A stretch of 64,000 nucleotides of DNA from Octopus sinensis (Eukaryota). The position numbers and the translations under genes are program-made. Positions 1 to 12,906 of the stretch are shown in pieces; position 1 is the first letter of the stretch; every line of letters starts with the position of its first letter. The notes under the pieces are model-generated. The model ran no database searches. It saw nothing but the letters and a program-made list of their open reading frames with translations, and had not been told where the DNA came from. Location of the stretch: assembly GCF_006345805.1 (NCBI RefSeq), contig NC_043001.1, forward strand, positions 14,012,001-14,076,000, read 5' to 3'.

Positions 1-140
1 CGCTAATACGCAGAAGGGCTCGATATGAATCACGACTATAAGATACCCGGTTTTGGTTAAACTGCACCGCAAAATGTGGGAGTAGTTAGGAATCTAAATC
101 GTAGGAGACAGACACACAACTTCACTCTTATATATAAAGA
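1..140 (-). mobile_element. Non-autonomous Helitron family H1, 5' part (runs off the window edge)
   Basis: Identical to 686-825; the minus strand starts a|TCTTTATATATAAG. Confidence 0.75.
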
Positions 141-363
141 TATTCTTTTACTCTTTTGCTTGTTTCAGTCATTTGACGGGGTCATGCTGGAGCACCGCCT
201 TTAGTCGAGCAAATCGACCCCAGGACTTATTCTTTGTAAGCCTAGTACTTAATTTATCGCTATCTTTTGCCAAACCGCTAAGTTACGGGAACGTAAACAC
301 ACCAGCATCGGCTGTCAAGCGATGTTGGGAGGAAAAATACACACACACACACACATACATTCA

Positions 364-370
<7 letters not shown>
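141..370 (-). mobile_element. SINE-A, 3' half only
   Basis: SINE-A tail (gtgctccagcatgacc...gactgaaacaag); breaks at the internal (CA)/(TA) microsatellite. Confidence 0.85.
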
Positions 371-430
<60 letters not shown>

Positions 431-431
<1 letters not shown>

Positions 432-825
432 TAGCAGTATCGCCCGGCGTTGCTCGGGTTTGTAAGGGAAATAACTATAAAGCATTTTTAGAGATTTATA
501 GCCAAAAAGTAACAAATAAATGCATTAAAATGGAAAAAAATTATGATAATTTTTTTTTAAATCGTTGACTCATCGTAGACATTTTTAGAGAGTTACTTCC
601 CTTATATAATAGCGAAAAAAATGCATTAAAATGGAAAAAAATGATGGTAAATTATTTTTAAAATCGTAGACTCATCGTAGACGCGCGCTAATACGCAGAA
701 GGGCTCGATATGAATCACGACTATAAGATACCCGGTTTTGGTTAAACTGCACCGCAAAATGTGGGAGTAGTTAGGAATCTAAATCGTAGGAGACAGACAC
801 ACAACTTCACTCTTATATATAAAGA
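431..825 (-). mobile_element. Non-autonomous Helitron H1 (complete)
   Basis: Minus strand 5' TC, 3' hairpin cccgagcaacgccggg then CTAG; inserted between A and T with no TSD. Confidence 0.85.
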
Positions 826-1057
826 TATTCTTTTACTCTTTTGCTTGTTTCAGTCATTTGACGGGGTCATGCTGGAGCACCGCCTTTAGTCGAGCAAATC
901 GACCCCAGGACTTATTCTTTGTAAGCCTAGTACTTAATTTATCGCTATCTTTTGCCAAACCGCTAAGTTACGGGAACGTAAACACACCAGCATCGGCTGT
1001 CAAGCGATGTTGGGAGGAAAAATACACACACACACACACATACATTCATGCATAAAG

Positions 1058-1100
<43 letters not shown>

Positions 1101-1263
1101 CGACGGGCTTCTTTCAGTTTCCGTCAACCAAATCCACTCACAAGGCTTTGGTCGACCCGAGGCTATAGCAGAAGACACTCGCCCAAGATGCCACGCAGTG
1201 GGACTGAACCCGGAACCATGTGGTTGGTAAGCAAGCTACTTACCATACAGCCACTCCTGCGCC
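826..1263 (-). mobile_element. SINE-A, full length (tRNA-derived, internal microsatellite)
   Basis: Head ggcgcaggagtggctgtatgg (A box) ... gggttcagtccc (B box); ccttgggc central motif; tail ending aaaagag repeats. Confidence 0.9.
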
Positions 1264-1482
1264 CGTACAAAAAAAAAGAGGAAACAGCTGTTCGTGCATT
1301 CGAACTGTCGGTGGAATCTTCGTGTCCAACTGAATACCTTCTTTGACTATCAACGAACAGACTGTGTAGAAACTCACTAAAGTAAACTAGATACACAACT
1401 TTCATATTTAACACTTTGTTGGTATATAGTTTAAAATTTCCTGTGTTTCAACAGTGTGTTATTTCATTGCTATAATGTACTA

Positions 1483-1864
1483 TGGATGGAAGCACTCCGT
1501 CGGTTACGACGACGAGGGTTCCGGTTGATCCGAATCAACGGAACAGCCTGCTCGTGAAATTAACGTGTAAGTGGCTGAGCACTCCACAGACCCTTAACGT
1601 AGTTCTCGGGGATATTCAGCGTGACACAGAGAGTGACAAGGCCGGCCCTTTGAAATACAGGTACAACAAAAACAGGAAGTAAGAGTGAGAGAAAGTTGTG
1701 GTGAAAGAGTACAGCAGGGATCACCACCATCCCCTGCCGGAGCCTCGTGGAGCTTCTAGGTGTTTTCGCTCAATAAACACTCACAACGCCCGGTCTGGGA
1801 ATCGAAACCGCGATCCTACGACCGCGAGTCCGCTGCCCTAACCACTGGGCCATTGCGCCTCCAC
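1483..1864 (-). mobile_element. SINE-C (tRNA-Arg-like head) with tail T1
   Basis: Head ggcgcaatggcccagtggttagggcagcggactcgcggtc; 11-bp TSD ataatgtacta at 1472-1482 and 1865-1875. Confidence 0.9.
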
Positions 1865-2634
1865 ATAATGTACTACAATCCTGGGTATTATGATGATTGT
1901 AAGCAATGAGTCTCAGATAGAAAAGAAAAGGAACCGATGCATGTACGTTTTGAATTTTGTTGACATTTCCGTCCGTAACTGTATGCCCTCTTTAACTCTC
2001 TACGAACACAGCTTACAAACACAAATAAAACAATTTAAATTATTTGTTGCCTGTACAATAGGAAAACATGCTTTCACATCCTTTATCCGTGTTTGATGCT
2101 TTCAATGGATTAATGGATTAAAGTTTCCTGTATTTTGGCCTTCGAATCGGAAACAAAGAATTATGCCGAAGACACCCCGTTTTACTATATTACTGAATCA
2201 CCTCTATCCAGATCAATTTCGATGTTGTTAATATATATATCAGATATTTATATCTATTTTAATTAATTACATCTACTTCCCGAGTTTAAATACCGTTAGG
2301 TTTAACTTCCTTTTTCATCTCACCGGTGTGGGTGTAGGAGTTTATTGAAGTTAGTTTCCTCTACAAAATCTGTGATATTATATCTATACTAAAAATCAAA
2401 AGTTAGGACTTCTTACTCATTGGACTTACAATTGATAGAGCTATCAATGTATAAGTCAATATTTTGTTTTGTGGTTATAGTTACCAGCATAAACAGACTT
2501 TCAGTCAGTAAGTTTGTTGGTCACTAACTCATTACTTGGTATACAGGGAAAAAATTACCAAACTCTCCGATACTGTATAGTGAAAAATATATTTTATGTA
2601 GTTCACTCTTTTATAAAAACAATATACGTATACA

Positions 2635-3919
2635 TTGGGTTCTCCGGAAAGTTCGTGCCGATTTATAGTAGCTTACCTTTCGACTTATTTAGGAACATGG
2701 TTGAGTCCATAAAGTAGGATTTGACTACATCTCCATTTAGAGCACAGTTTAAGTTATCTTTTGGTGGAAGAAGGTTTATGTTCCTATAACCTGTGTTCAT
2801 TCTGTAACCCTTTAAAATGGAGGATATGAAAGTTTATTTTTGGCACTTGATGCTTTTCTTTTTCCGTAAAAGGGGAAAATGCCTCAAAAACCACCAAAGA
2901 AATATGCGCAGTTTACGGTGATGTTTCTTTATCCGGAAGAACCTTACAGAAGTGGTTTGCAAGGTTCCTAGCTAGAGATTGTAGCCTTATTGATAAAGAG
3001 CGATCAGGCAAACCATCCATTACAGCTGAAGACCAAATCAAGTCATTAATTGAGAATAATTCACATTACACAACCCGAGAATTGGCAGAAAGCCTCCACC
3101 TATCAAAATCCGTCGTTTATGAGCACCTGATAAAGCTGTGGTACACAAATCACTACGATGTTTGGGTACCACATGAGTTGAGTGAGAAGAACCTTTTGGA
3201 TCACATTTCCATCTGTGATTCGCTTTATAAACGAAATGAAACCGCGCCGTTTTTAAAGCAAATTGTGACAAGTGATGAGAAATGGATTATCTACCGAAAT
3301 GTTCAGAGAAAGCGATCCTGGAGTAAGCGACATGAGCCACCCTTAGCCACCCCAAAAGCGGGTCTTCACCCTAAAAAAAGTGTTACTTTGTGTCTGGTGG
3401 GACTGGAAAGGAATTCTGTACAATGAGCTTCCCCCAAGTAACTAGACAATTAATTCTGAGAAATACTGCACACAATTGAACTACTTAAAAGCAGCAATTC
3501 AAGAGAAACGTCCAGAATTGGCCAACAGGAAGGGTGTTGTTTTCCAACATGATAATGCAAGACTGCACGTTTCTTTGGGAACCTGACAAAAATTGCTGAA
3601 GCTCAGCTGGGATGTGTTACCCCACCCTCCATATTCACCAGATATTGCTCCTTCGGATTTCCACTTATTCAGGTCTCTGCAGAATAGTCTTAATAGTTAA
3701 AATTTCAATTCATTGGATGACGTAAAGGGATACCTTGATGAACTCTTTGCCATGAAACCACCTCAATTCTGGGAAGAGGGTATTTTCAAGTTAAAGGAAA
3801 GATGGAGACGCATTGTGCAACAAAATGGTTCATATTTGGTGATTAAAAATGTAATGGCAAGTATTTATTGACCTTTTTCTTTCCTTTAAAAATCGGCAAG
3901 AACTTTCCGGACAACCCAA
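2635..3919 (+). mobile_element. Full-length mariner DNA transposon (1285 bp), decayed
   Basis: 30-bp TIRs (ttgggttctccggaaagttcgtgccgattt and aaatcggcaagaactttccggacaacccaa, 2 mismatches) around a transposase relic. Confidence 0.92.
2817..3846 (+). pseudogene. Mariner DD34D transposase pseudogene
   Basis: WVPHEL, IVTSDEKW, HDNARLH and YSPDIAPSDFHLF motifs; frameshifts and stops. Confidence 0.92.
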
Positions 3920-4108
3920 CATATATATGCACATACGCATACTTATATATGTCAGGATACCTATGGGTTAACTAGCATATGCGATCACATTATATTTGTG
4001 CACGGGGATGCAGAAATGCTCTTGGTGTCAGAGCGCGCAGTAAAACCAGAACGATTAAAGAACATACATACATTCATACATATATACATACATACATACA
4101 TACATACA

Positions 4109-5360
4109 AACCAAATACCTCATACAGAAAAGGAATAGAGATGCGGGAAAAGCAGTAAAATGTGACAAGCGATGCAGACTTTGTGGAGTTAACACCGAAG
4201 ATATCACCCACATTATAAGCAGTTGTCCGAAAATGTCATCACGGTATTATCTACCGACGAGACACGATGTTGTAGCTAGGATACTCTATAATGAAATTCG
4301 TCGGAAGGATAATCCCGAGGACAAAGAAATAAGAACCAATAGTATGGTAAAAGCCAGAGCCACTCATAATAAAAAGGAGTACCGGTGGAATGTCCCAGTG
4401 AATACCTCAATAAAATGTAAGTAGTAACGGACCTGATATAATGATTTGGGATAAAGAAGAGAGACTGTGTACAGTTGTGGAAATTAGCTGCCCAGCGGAT
4501 GTTAGCATAAAGCTGAAGATCAGTGAAAAAGAGAACACCTACGCTGAACTATTGAGAAATTTGCAGTTACTCCATCAAGATTACAAGTTCAGGTTTATGC
4601 CTTTAATTATTAGGGCCCTCGGATATGTAATACACTGCCTAAATATTACTCTTGAGAAATTAGGCTTCTCAAAACCAGAAAGAAGAAAGCTAATTCGAAG
4701 GCTACAGGTCCAATCCATCACTGGAACTGCGAAAATCTGTAAAACTTTTCCGTAAGATTATCATTTAAATAGATATGAGCATGTCTAGATATGAAACTAT
4801 ACGTATGAGAATACATACATAAAACAAAGCATACAAATCTGCACATATAGGCACAGGAGTGGCTGTGTGGTAAGTAGCTTGCTAACTAACCACATGGTTC
4901 CGGGTTCAGTCCCACTGCGTGGCATCTTGGGCAAGTGTCTTCTGCTATAGCCCCGGGACGACCAATGCCTTATGAGTGGATTTGGTAGACGGAAACTGAA
5001 AGAAGCCTGTCGTATATATGTATATATATATATATAAGTGTGTGTGTGTACGTTTGTGTGCCTGTGTTTGTCCCCCTAGCATTGCTTGACAACTGATGCT
5101 GGTGTGTTTACGTCCCCGTCACCTAGCGGTTCGACAAAAGAGACCGATAGAATAAGTACTGGGCTTACAAAGAATAAGTCCCGGGGTCGATCTGCTCGAC
5201 TAAATGCGGTGCTCCAGCATGGCCGCAGTCAAATGACTGAAACAAGTAAAAGAGTAAAGAGTATATACATACTGACAGACAAAAATACCATGTTATTGAT
5301 GTTGAAATTCCAATGAAGAAATTTGGGATCGAGGTTAGAAACCGGCTCTTTCTCTATTGA
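4109..5360 (+). mobile_element. 5'-truncated R4/Dong-type non-LTR retrotransposon (C-terminal RLE part plus 3' UTR), family D1
   Basis: CRLC-x-THIISSC zinc knuckle, RHD, RPDIMIW...VEISCP, IIRALG; homologous to 50520-51300; interrupted by SINE-A. Confidence 0.85.
4850..5261 (+). mobile_element. SINE-A nested in the D1 3' UTR
   Basis: Complete head and tail; D1 UTR resumes at 5262. Confidence 0.9.
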
Positions 5361-6786
5361 CACAACGAGAAGACTTGCGGTTAAAGTTGCCAAGTTTGAA
5401 ACCCAATGTATCTGCACTGGCTGCATTGCACCAGATACATGGTTCTCATTAAAAAAGTTTAATTCTTTTTCCTTTATAATACAATCATTAATTATTGTTG
5501 CATCGTTAGTTCTGATCAATGGTTCATTTGGGGGAAATGAGAATCAGTGTAAAAGAAAGCGCAAGGACCAGAAGTTAATCTGTCTGAAAAATATAGAGCT
5601 AACGTTAGAATTTTATTGACACTACTGACAAAACTAAACCCACATTAAGGGATTTGTAAAGAACCGCATATTTACTCCAAACGGCACTAAAAGAGCAACA
5701 AGTCTACGATGTAGTGTGCGTCAAATGATACGGAAGGGTAAGGGATTTTTGTTGGGGTGGTTGTGTCAGGGTTTTTTTTTTTTACACAGGTGGGTGATGA
5801 AGCATTTTTTGGCCGATAGTGGGCGATATTGCAATTTGGCGTAAAAGGTATGGGAAACACTGGTTTGACCAAATCATCCTGAATTTTGTGTGTTTTATGT
5901 ATGTACGAATGCACGCATGTATTATATGTATATATTACAGATACACATCATATTCGCACATACAGAGACATGCTAATGTGTGTGAGTGTGCGCGCGAGCA
6001 CGTGTGTGTAAAACCGGCTGTCATTCATTGCAGGCCGAGCGAAGGGGCTCCCGTGCTAAACTCCACGAATTACACGAGGGAGACCGCAACGAATGAGTGA
6101 CTATACGGTTGCGCTCGACGTGTAGTAATTTGCGCAAAACTTTTCTCAAACGATATCCGAGCAGCTTTAGAATGGTTAAAATACAAAATTAACTAATACT
6201 AAATATACCAGAACAGAAGACAGGGTAGTCACAAGTAAAAAGCTGGCTGATGCATGGGAATATTGTGTAAACCATCGGAGAACGATCGAAGCTATATAAC
6301 TTTAAGAAGTGATCCTTAAAACATCGTTTTCGAAATACAAACAAAAGTTTGCACCAAACAAAAACATTTCCAAATAACCCAGAATAAATGCACTTTGCAA
6401 AATATAATTACAGCAACTACAACGTTGAGAAAACAGTTCTTCCATTAACTCTGTTTACGATTTCAAGACTTCACACAGAATGCAATTAAAAATTAATGTT
6501 ACCCACAAAAGTACATTTTGAAAACGTAACTTTAAAAATTTTAAAGCGCTGTAATATTGCATTAACGGTATCAAAGACACGTTTGTCAGAATACACACCT
6601 CAGCTGTAGTGATTTAACTCTTTCATACGCTCCATAACTGAAGATTTCAATGCAAACAACACCTCCTGACTTTCAAATATAACAAGACAACTCGGGAGGT
6701 TACTTCTTGTCGTTACAACTCAACTTATTTTACATCTTAAACAATTGGCAGGAGCACGCTATCTCTTGAAATCAACAGAAAGAACT

Positions 6787-7195
6787 TACCTATTTCTTTA
6801 CTACCCACAAGGGGCCACACACAGAGGGGACAAACAAGGACAAACAAACGATTATATCGACCCCAGTGGGTAACTGGTACTTATTTAATGGACCCCGAAA
6901 GGATGAAAGGCAAAGTCGACCTCGGCAGAATTTGAACTCAGAACGTAACGGCAGACGAAATACCTATTTCGTTACTACCCACAAGGGGCTAAACACAGAG
7001 AGGACAAACAAGGACAGACAAACGGATTAAGTCGATTATATCGACCCCAGTGGGTAACTGGTACTTATTTAATCGACCCCGAAAGGATGAAAGGCAAAGT
7101 CGACCTCGGCGGAATTTGAACTCAGAACGTAACGGCAGACGAAATACGGCTACGCATTTCGCCCGGCGTGCTAACGTTTCTGTCAGCTCGCCGCC
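6787..7195 (-). mobile_element. SINE-B head-to-tail dimer
   Basis: One head (ggcggcgagctgacagaaacg) plus two bodies joined at aaataggtatttcg. Confidence 0.9.
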
Positions 7196-7454
7196 TTAAA
7201 AACATGGCAAACAGGTTTCATTGACTTTCGAATCCTATTCGGTTCCCATTGGAGGTATCTGAATCAACCTGATCAACAGAAACAACAACTTAGCATAATA
7301 GTCGCCCGTCAATGAAGGAATCAGAAAAACGTTTTCATAAATTACAAAAAAATACCAGGAAACGAATTCCTCTCAGAAACAGAATAAAGGTTTTCAGAAT
7401 TCAATACTCAAATCACAAGATTTGATAATGCAATAACTGTATTCAAACAATATT

Positions 7455-7730
7455 CTTTTATTCTTTTGCTTGTTTCAGGCATTTCCCTGTGGCCATGCTG
7501 GGGCACCGCCTTGAGTCGAACAAATCGACTGCAGGGGACGTAAACACACCAGCATCGGTTGTCAAGTGTTGTAGGGGTGAAAAACACAGACACACAAACA
7601 TATACACATACATAATTACACACACACACACACTATATATATATATATGTGTGTATATATATATATATAATATATATGTATATATATATACACACATATA
7701 CGACGGGCCTCTTTCAGTTACCGTCTACCA
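7455..7730 (-). mobile_element. SINE-A, 3' portion
   Basis: Tail and internal microsatellite; abuts mariner 2. Confidence 0.8.
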
Positions 7731-9230
7731 GTCCTCTGAACTCGTACTGCCACGTGCTGTTTCTTTGTTTTATAATGCATCTCCTCTGTCGGTGACGGCT
7801 GAAACGAAGGAACAACGTGCTTCCGTGAAATTCTGTTTTCTGCTGGGGAAAACGGCAGCCGAAAAAGTTGTCTTGCTTCAAACAGCTTACAGGAATGCTG
7901 CCATGAGTAAAACGCAAGTTTATGCGTGGTTTTCACGTTATAGAAATGGCCAATCGTCTCTTGAAGACCAACCTCGTTCACGACGACCGTCGATCTCCCG
8001 AACGAACGAAAACATCACGAAAATTCCTGAACTGATCTTGGAGGACCGTCGCCGAACAATTGATGAACTTGTTGAGATGACTGGTATGTCCTGGAGCTCC
8101 TGGCAAAGAATTTTGAGCGAGGAATTGCGAATGAAAAGAGTCGCAGAAAAATGTGTGCCTCACTTGCTCACAGAAGATCAAAAGTAGTCACGACTAAGGA
8201 TAAAATTTTCTAGAATTTCAGAAGGTGCGCGAGTTGTGAGATGGTCGTGATGGTGCTTAGCCACCAAAATCGGTGTTGCTTTTTGTTAGGGGAACGTGTA
8301 AGTTAGTGAAATTAAAGCTAAAATTTTCTAGAATTTCAGAAGGTGCGCGTAGGATTGGTAAGGTCTGTACGACGTTAATTCATTTGAATTGTAATAGAAT
8401 TAAGAATTGCAATAATATTGCCGAACATCCAGATTCATAGAAATTAACCGTGTTGATACGAGTAATTATATATCTTGGCTATCATAGAAAGTCCTTCAGG
8501 CTTAATGCATTCTCGGGTTATATGTTTGTAATTTTATCAGGCCCTAAGGCTTTTGAGGTATTAGATTTTTTCCATTGCAATTTGGAATTTTTTATTGAAA
8601 GTGAACTGAAAGAACAGATAGAAGGTGATTCGGACCTTTTTTTGAAGGTCATCACTGTTGATGGATGCTGTTTCTACGACTACGACCCGGAAACGATGCA
8701 GCGATTAAGTATATGAAATTATACAATGTCACCTCGACCCTAAAACGTGCGTCAAGTGAAGTCCAATGTCAAAACGACGCTAGTTTGTTTCATCGATGCG
8801 AAAGGAATTGTCCACACAGAATTTGTTTCTCCTGGTCAAACTGTTAACCAGGCATTTTGCTTGTCAGTTTTGGAGCGTTTGCGAGAGGCGATGAGACGAA
8901 AACGCCACGACCAGTGGCAAAGTGGAGAGTGGTGGTTTCATCATGACAATACGCCTGTGAACACCGCCATGAGTGTGGGACAGTTTTTGGCCCAAAATGG
9001 CATCACCCACCTCCTCAAGTCACCGATCTTGTTCCCCTGAATGAAACACGTTCTTAAAGGAAAAATTTTTGCAGATTTGGAAGAGGTGAAGAAAATATAC
9101 GACGGGGGAGATCAAAGGTATCACTTCGCAAGAGTTCCAGGACTGCTTTGAACAGTGGAAAACGCGTCTGGACCGATGCATTGCTTCAAATGGAAAATAA
9201 TTTGAGGGCGATAAAAGTGTAAACATTATA
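7731..9230 (+). mobile_element. Second mariner transposase relic (different subfamily), no TIRs seen
   Basis: EQRASVKFCFLLGK (HTH), VPHLLTEDQK, VITVDG..YDYDPET, HHDNTP; interrupted at 8196-8601. Confidence 0.9.
8196..8601 (-). mobile_element. Internal LINE RT fragment inserted in mariner 2
   Basis: Inverted copy of 10024-10387; no LINE ends and no TSD. Confidence 0.75.
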
Positions 9231-9234
9231 TATA

Positions 9235-9510
9235 CTGACCAGGCTATCAGATGTTGCTACACATCGCTGGTCATAATGCCCTTCGCATTGTTTTATCCTT
9301 CAAATGACGTCATCCCGCTGGCTAAGCGAGCAGGCCAACAGAAGAAAGTTGTGGCGAAAGAGTACAGCAGGGATCGCTACTACCCCCTGCCGGAGCCTCG
9401 TGGTGCTTTAGGTGTTTTCGCTCAATAAACACTCGCAACGCCCAGTCTGGTAATCGAAACCGCGATCCTACGACCACGAGTTCGCTGCCCCAACCACTGG
9501 ACCATTGCGC

Positions 9511-9511
<1 letters not shown>
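9235..9511 (-). mobile_element. SINE-C head with alternative tail T2
   Basis: Same head and body as 1483-1864; tail gcctgctcgcttagccagcg...gcaacatctgatagcctggtcag. Confidence 0.85.
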
Positions 9512-9647
<136 letters not shown>

Positions 9648-9772
9648 CAAGAAGGGTAGTAATATTATTCGAGTTGTTAAAGTTATCGGTAAACGTTTTT
9701 GATTTTCACTCTCGATAAATTCATCCCCTTTTTGTGTTCCCAGCACTCGGCATCTTAATTTAGGAGCCCTTA

Positions 9773-9816
<44 letters not shown>

Positions 9817-10023
9817 TATATATATGAGACACTTGCCTATAATGCCAGAAGTTGGACCGAACCAGAAACTTTATGACTAGGAAGTAAACTTCTTAAATGC
9901 ACAGTCACGCCTGGAACACTTTTGTATAATTCTCGAAAATCAATAACGAAAAGCTTTATAAAAAACAACAGACCCAAAACAAAACATACCCACTTCACAC
10001 TTTGGCCATGATTTTGGTTCCTT

Positions 10024-10387
10024 CTTTCAATCAAAAACTCCAAATTGCAATGGAAAAAATCTAATACCTCAAAAGCCTTAGGGCCTGATAAAATTACAAA
10101 CATATAACCCGAGAATGCATTAAGCCTGAAGGACTTTCTATGATAGCCAAGATATATAATTACTCGTATCATCACTGTTAATTTCTATGAATCTGCAATA
10201 TTATTGCAGTTCTTAATTCTATTACAATTCAAATGAATTAACATCGTACAGACCTTACCATTCCTACGCGCACCTTCTGAATTTCTAGAAAATTTTATCC
10301 TTGATTTCACTAACTCACACGTTCCCCTAACAAATCACAACACCGATTTTGGTGGCTAAGCACAATCACAACCATCCCACAACTCGC
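10024..10387 (+). mobile_element. Decayed LINE RT fragment (I/Jockey-group-like)
   Basis: KSNTSKALGPDKIT motif, MIAKIYNYS, YRP-like and KH motifs across frameshifts. Confidence 0.65.
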
Positions 10388-10444
10388 AAGCCGGTGGTTT
10401 CAAGACTGAAATCCTCTCATAAGTTACTATTCTAACCGGCATTA

Positions 10445-10626
10445 ATACTGGTTTCGAAATCTGGCACAAGATCGATAATTTTAGGGACAGGTAAGTCGAT
10501 TACACTGACTCCGAAGGGATGAAAGACAATGATGACCTCGCTGGAATTTGAACTCGGAACGTAATGACGAACGGAATGCCGCTAAGAATTTTGCCCGACG
10601 TTTAACGATTCTACCATGTCACCGCC
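10445..10626 (-). mobile_element. SINE-B, diverged
   Basis: Degenerate head and B box gagttcaaattcc; alternative tail 2. Confidence 0.7.
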
Positions 10627-10656
10627 TTAAATGACATCAATATTCGCAAAGCCTTA

Positions 10657-11450
10657 AGGAAGCGAGCTGGCAGAAGCGTTAGCACGCAGGATTAAATGCA
10701 TAGCGGTATTTCGTCTGTCTTTACGTTCTGAGTTCATATTCCGCCGAGGTCGACTTTGCTTTTCATTCCTACGGGGTCGATAAATTAAGTACCAGTTACG
10801 CACTGGGGTCGATGTAATCGACTTAATCCCTTTGTCTGTCCTTTTTTGTCCCCTGTATGTTTAGTCCCTTGTGGGCAATAAAGAAATAAACGTTAGCACG
10901 CCGGGCGAAATGCTTAGCGGTATTTCGTCTTTCATTACGTTCTGAGTTCAAATTCCGCCAACGTCGACTTTGCCTTTCATCCTTTCGGGGTCGATAAATT
11001 AAGTACCAGTTACGCACTGGGGTCGATGTAATCGACTTAATCCGTTTATCTGTCCTTGTTTGTCCCCTCTGTGTTTAGCCCCTTGTGGGCAGTAAACAAA
11101 TAGGTATTTCGTCTTTCATTACGTTCTGAGTTCAAATTCCGCCAACGTTGACTTTGCCTTTCATCCTTTCGGGGTCGATAAATTAAGAACCAGTTACGCA
11201 CTGGAGTCGATGTAATCGATTTAATCCGTTTGTCTGTCCTTGTTTGTCCTCTCTGTGTTTAGCCCCTTGTGGGTAGTAAAGAAATAGGTATTTCGTCTGC
11301 CGATACGTTCTGAGTTCAAATTCCACCAAGGTCGACTTTGCCTTTCGTCCTTTCGGGGTCGATAAATTAAGTGCCAGTTGCATACCGGGGTCTATCTAAT
11401 CGACTGGTCCCCTCCCCCAAAATTTCGGACCTTGTGTCTAGAGTAGAAAA
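10657..11450 (+). mobile_element. SINE-B tetramer
   Basis: Four consecutive bodies; the last ends in tail 2 (ctggtcccctcccccaaaatttcggaccttgtg). Confidence 0.9.
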
Positions 11451-11841
11451 AATATTCGCAAAGTCTTCGACTAATTTTCCCTGCCGTCCAATAAAACAAA
11501 TTATGCACTTCATGATAGTAAGCTACCAGTCTAGCCATTAGTCCTATGTTAAAATACAATAACAATCCTTCCAGACCAACACCTCGATGCTTGTGCCACA
11601 AGGGTCCTTTCTCTCGCTCGCTTTTTTCAAACTATTTATGCGGGTCTTTCTCCATAAGACAAACTGTTTAATATACAGATTACTTAAAACACACACGCAC
11701 ACATACTCACATGCACATACATGCACACAAACGTACACACACACACACATCCTTCCAGAATTCTCCAAACATTACTGTACAATTTACTCCAACCCTATTT
11801 AAATCATCCGGAAACCAATTTCTACAAGAACAGATTAAACC

Positions 11842-12130
11842 TTCTCTCTCTCTCTCATCTCTCTCTCTCTCTCCATACCTCACTTTATCTCTCTCCAGCT
11901 CTCTCTCCCTCGTTCACTCTATTCGTTCTCCCTCCCTCCCTCCCTCTCTCTATCCCTTCCCCATCTTCCTCTCACTATCCCTCCCCCTCCCTCTATCCCT
12001 TCCCCCTCCCTCTCACTATCCCTCCCATCCCCTCTCTCCATTCCTCCCTCCGATCCCCTCTTTCCCTCCCTCTCACTCCCTCCCATTCCTTTTTCTTCCC
12101 TACCCCCCTCATTAACCCCACCCCCCCTTT
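11842..12130. repeat. CT-rich low-complexity tract
   Basis: Polypyrimidine on the + strand; source of spurious S/P/L ORFs. Confidence 0.9.
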
Positions 12131-12209
12131 ATCTTTAATCTCTCATTACCAGCAAGACAAGAGAACATCAAATACAGCCAACTTTAACAGGCAACAATAT
12201 AAACGCCAT

Positions 12210-12243
<34 letters not shown>

Positions 12244-12544
12244 CATAAACAACAAAACTATTGATAGTTTTATACAACAACACTTCTATGATATTCAAAG
12301 CACACACAACGGACATAATAAACGAAACCAAACGTAACCTAAGCACATTTAAAGCAATCAGAGGAACAACCATTCGCCACGAGAAACAAAAAACCATCAA
12401 TGTTGTTTAATAAGAATTTCATTACCTTCGCTGCTGTTAGAATCTCCAATAAATTGAATGATATACATTATTTACATTTGGCGGATGTGTGTTCTCATCC
12501 TGTTTGTCGTTAATACAACATTATATATTATATATTATATATAT

Positions 12545-12720
12545 ATAAAGGGAAAGTTTATGAAAAGAACAAAAGACGAAGACAGGTGGTGTATAAAACA
12601 AACAGATGTATTAGTATAACGCTCAGGAATAGAAAAAGTCTTTCACGTTTCGAGCCTACGCTCTTCTACAGAAAGGTACACAGAAAAAACAAGGAGAGAA
12701 AAAAATGTGTGTAGTGGCTA
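12545..12720 (-). mobile_element. Family F short element (Penelope-terminus-like, hammerhead-like motif)
   Basis: Copies at 18822, 30560 and 60430; minus strand ctttCTGTAGAagagcgtaggctcGAAACGTgaaag. Confidence 0.6.
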
Positions 12721-12906
12721 AGTTAGGGGTTATGGATCCAACCCACTAAGGGATAATATTTATCCAATATACTGTTGGTATAATACCGAAATTCTTAATA
12801 CGCAAATGTTTTTAATTGCAATGCAATTATTTCATTTATTGTATTAAATGGGTGAAGATAAAGAAATATTTTACCATTAATTTATAATACAAATAAGAAA
12901 ACGGAC

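Larger units (their letters stand above)
1..1055. repeat. Near-identical 685-bp-period tandem duplication (Helitron plus SINE-A 3' half)
   Basis: 1-~368 matches 686-~1053; the duplicate ORFs at 173 and 858 are offset by 685. Confidence 0.9.

Noticed and set aside
1052-1059. aTCTTTAT motif as a cryptic Helitron start explaining the 685-bp duplication
   Set aside because: The duplicated copy (~367-370) lacks this motif, so the junction does not fit 5' transduction from it.
1780-1864. tRNA-like heads of SINEs A, C and E as tRNA genes
   Set aside because: No intact acceptor stem; they continue into SINE bodies and are multicopy and diverged.
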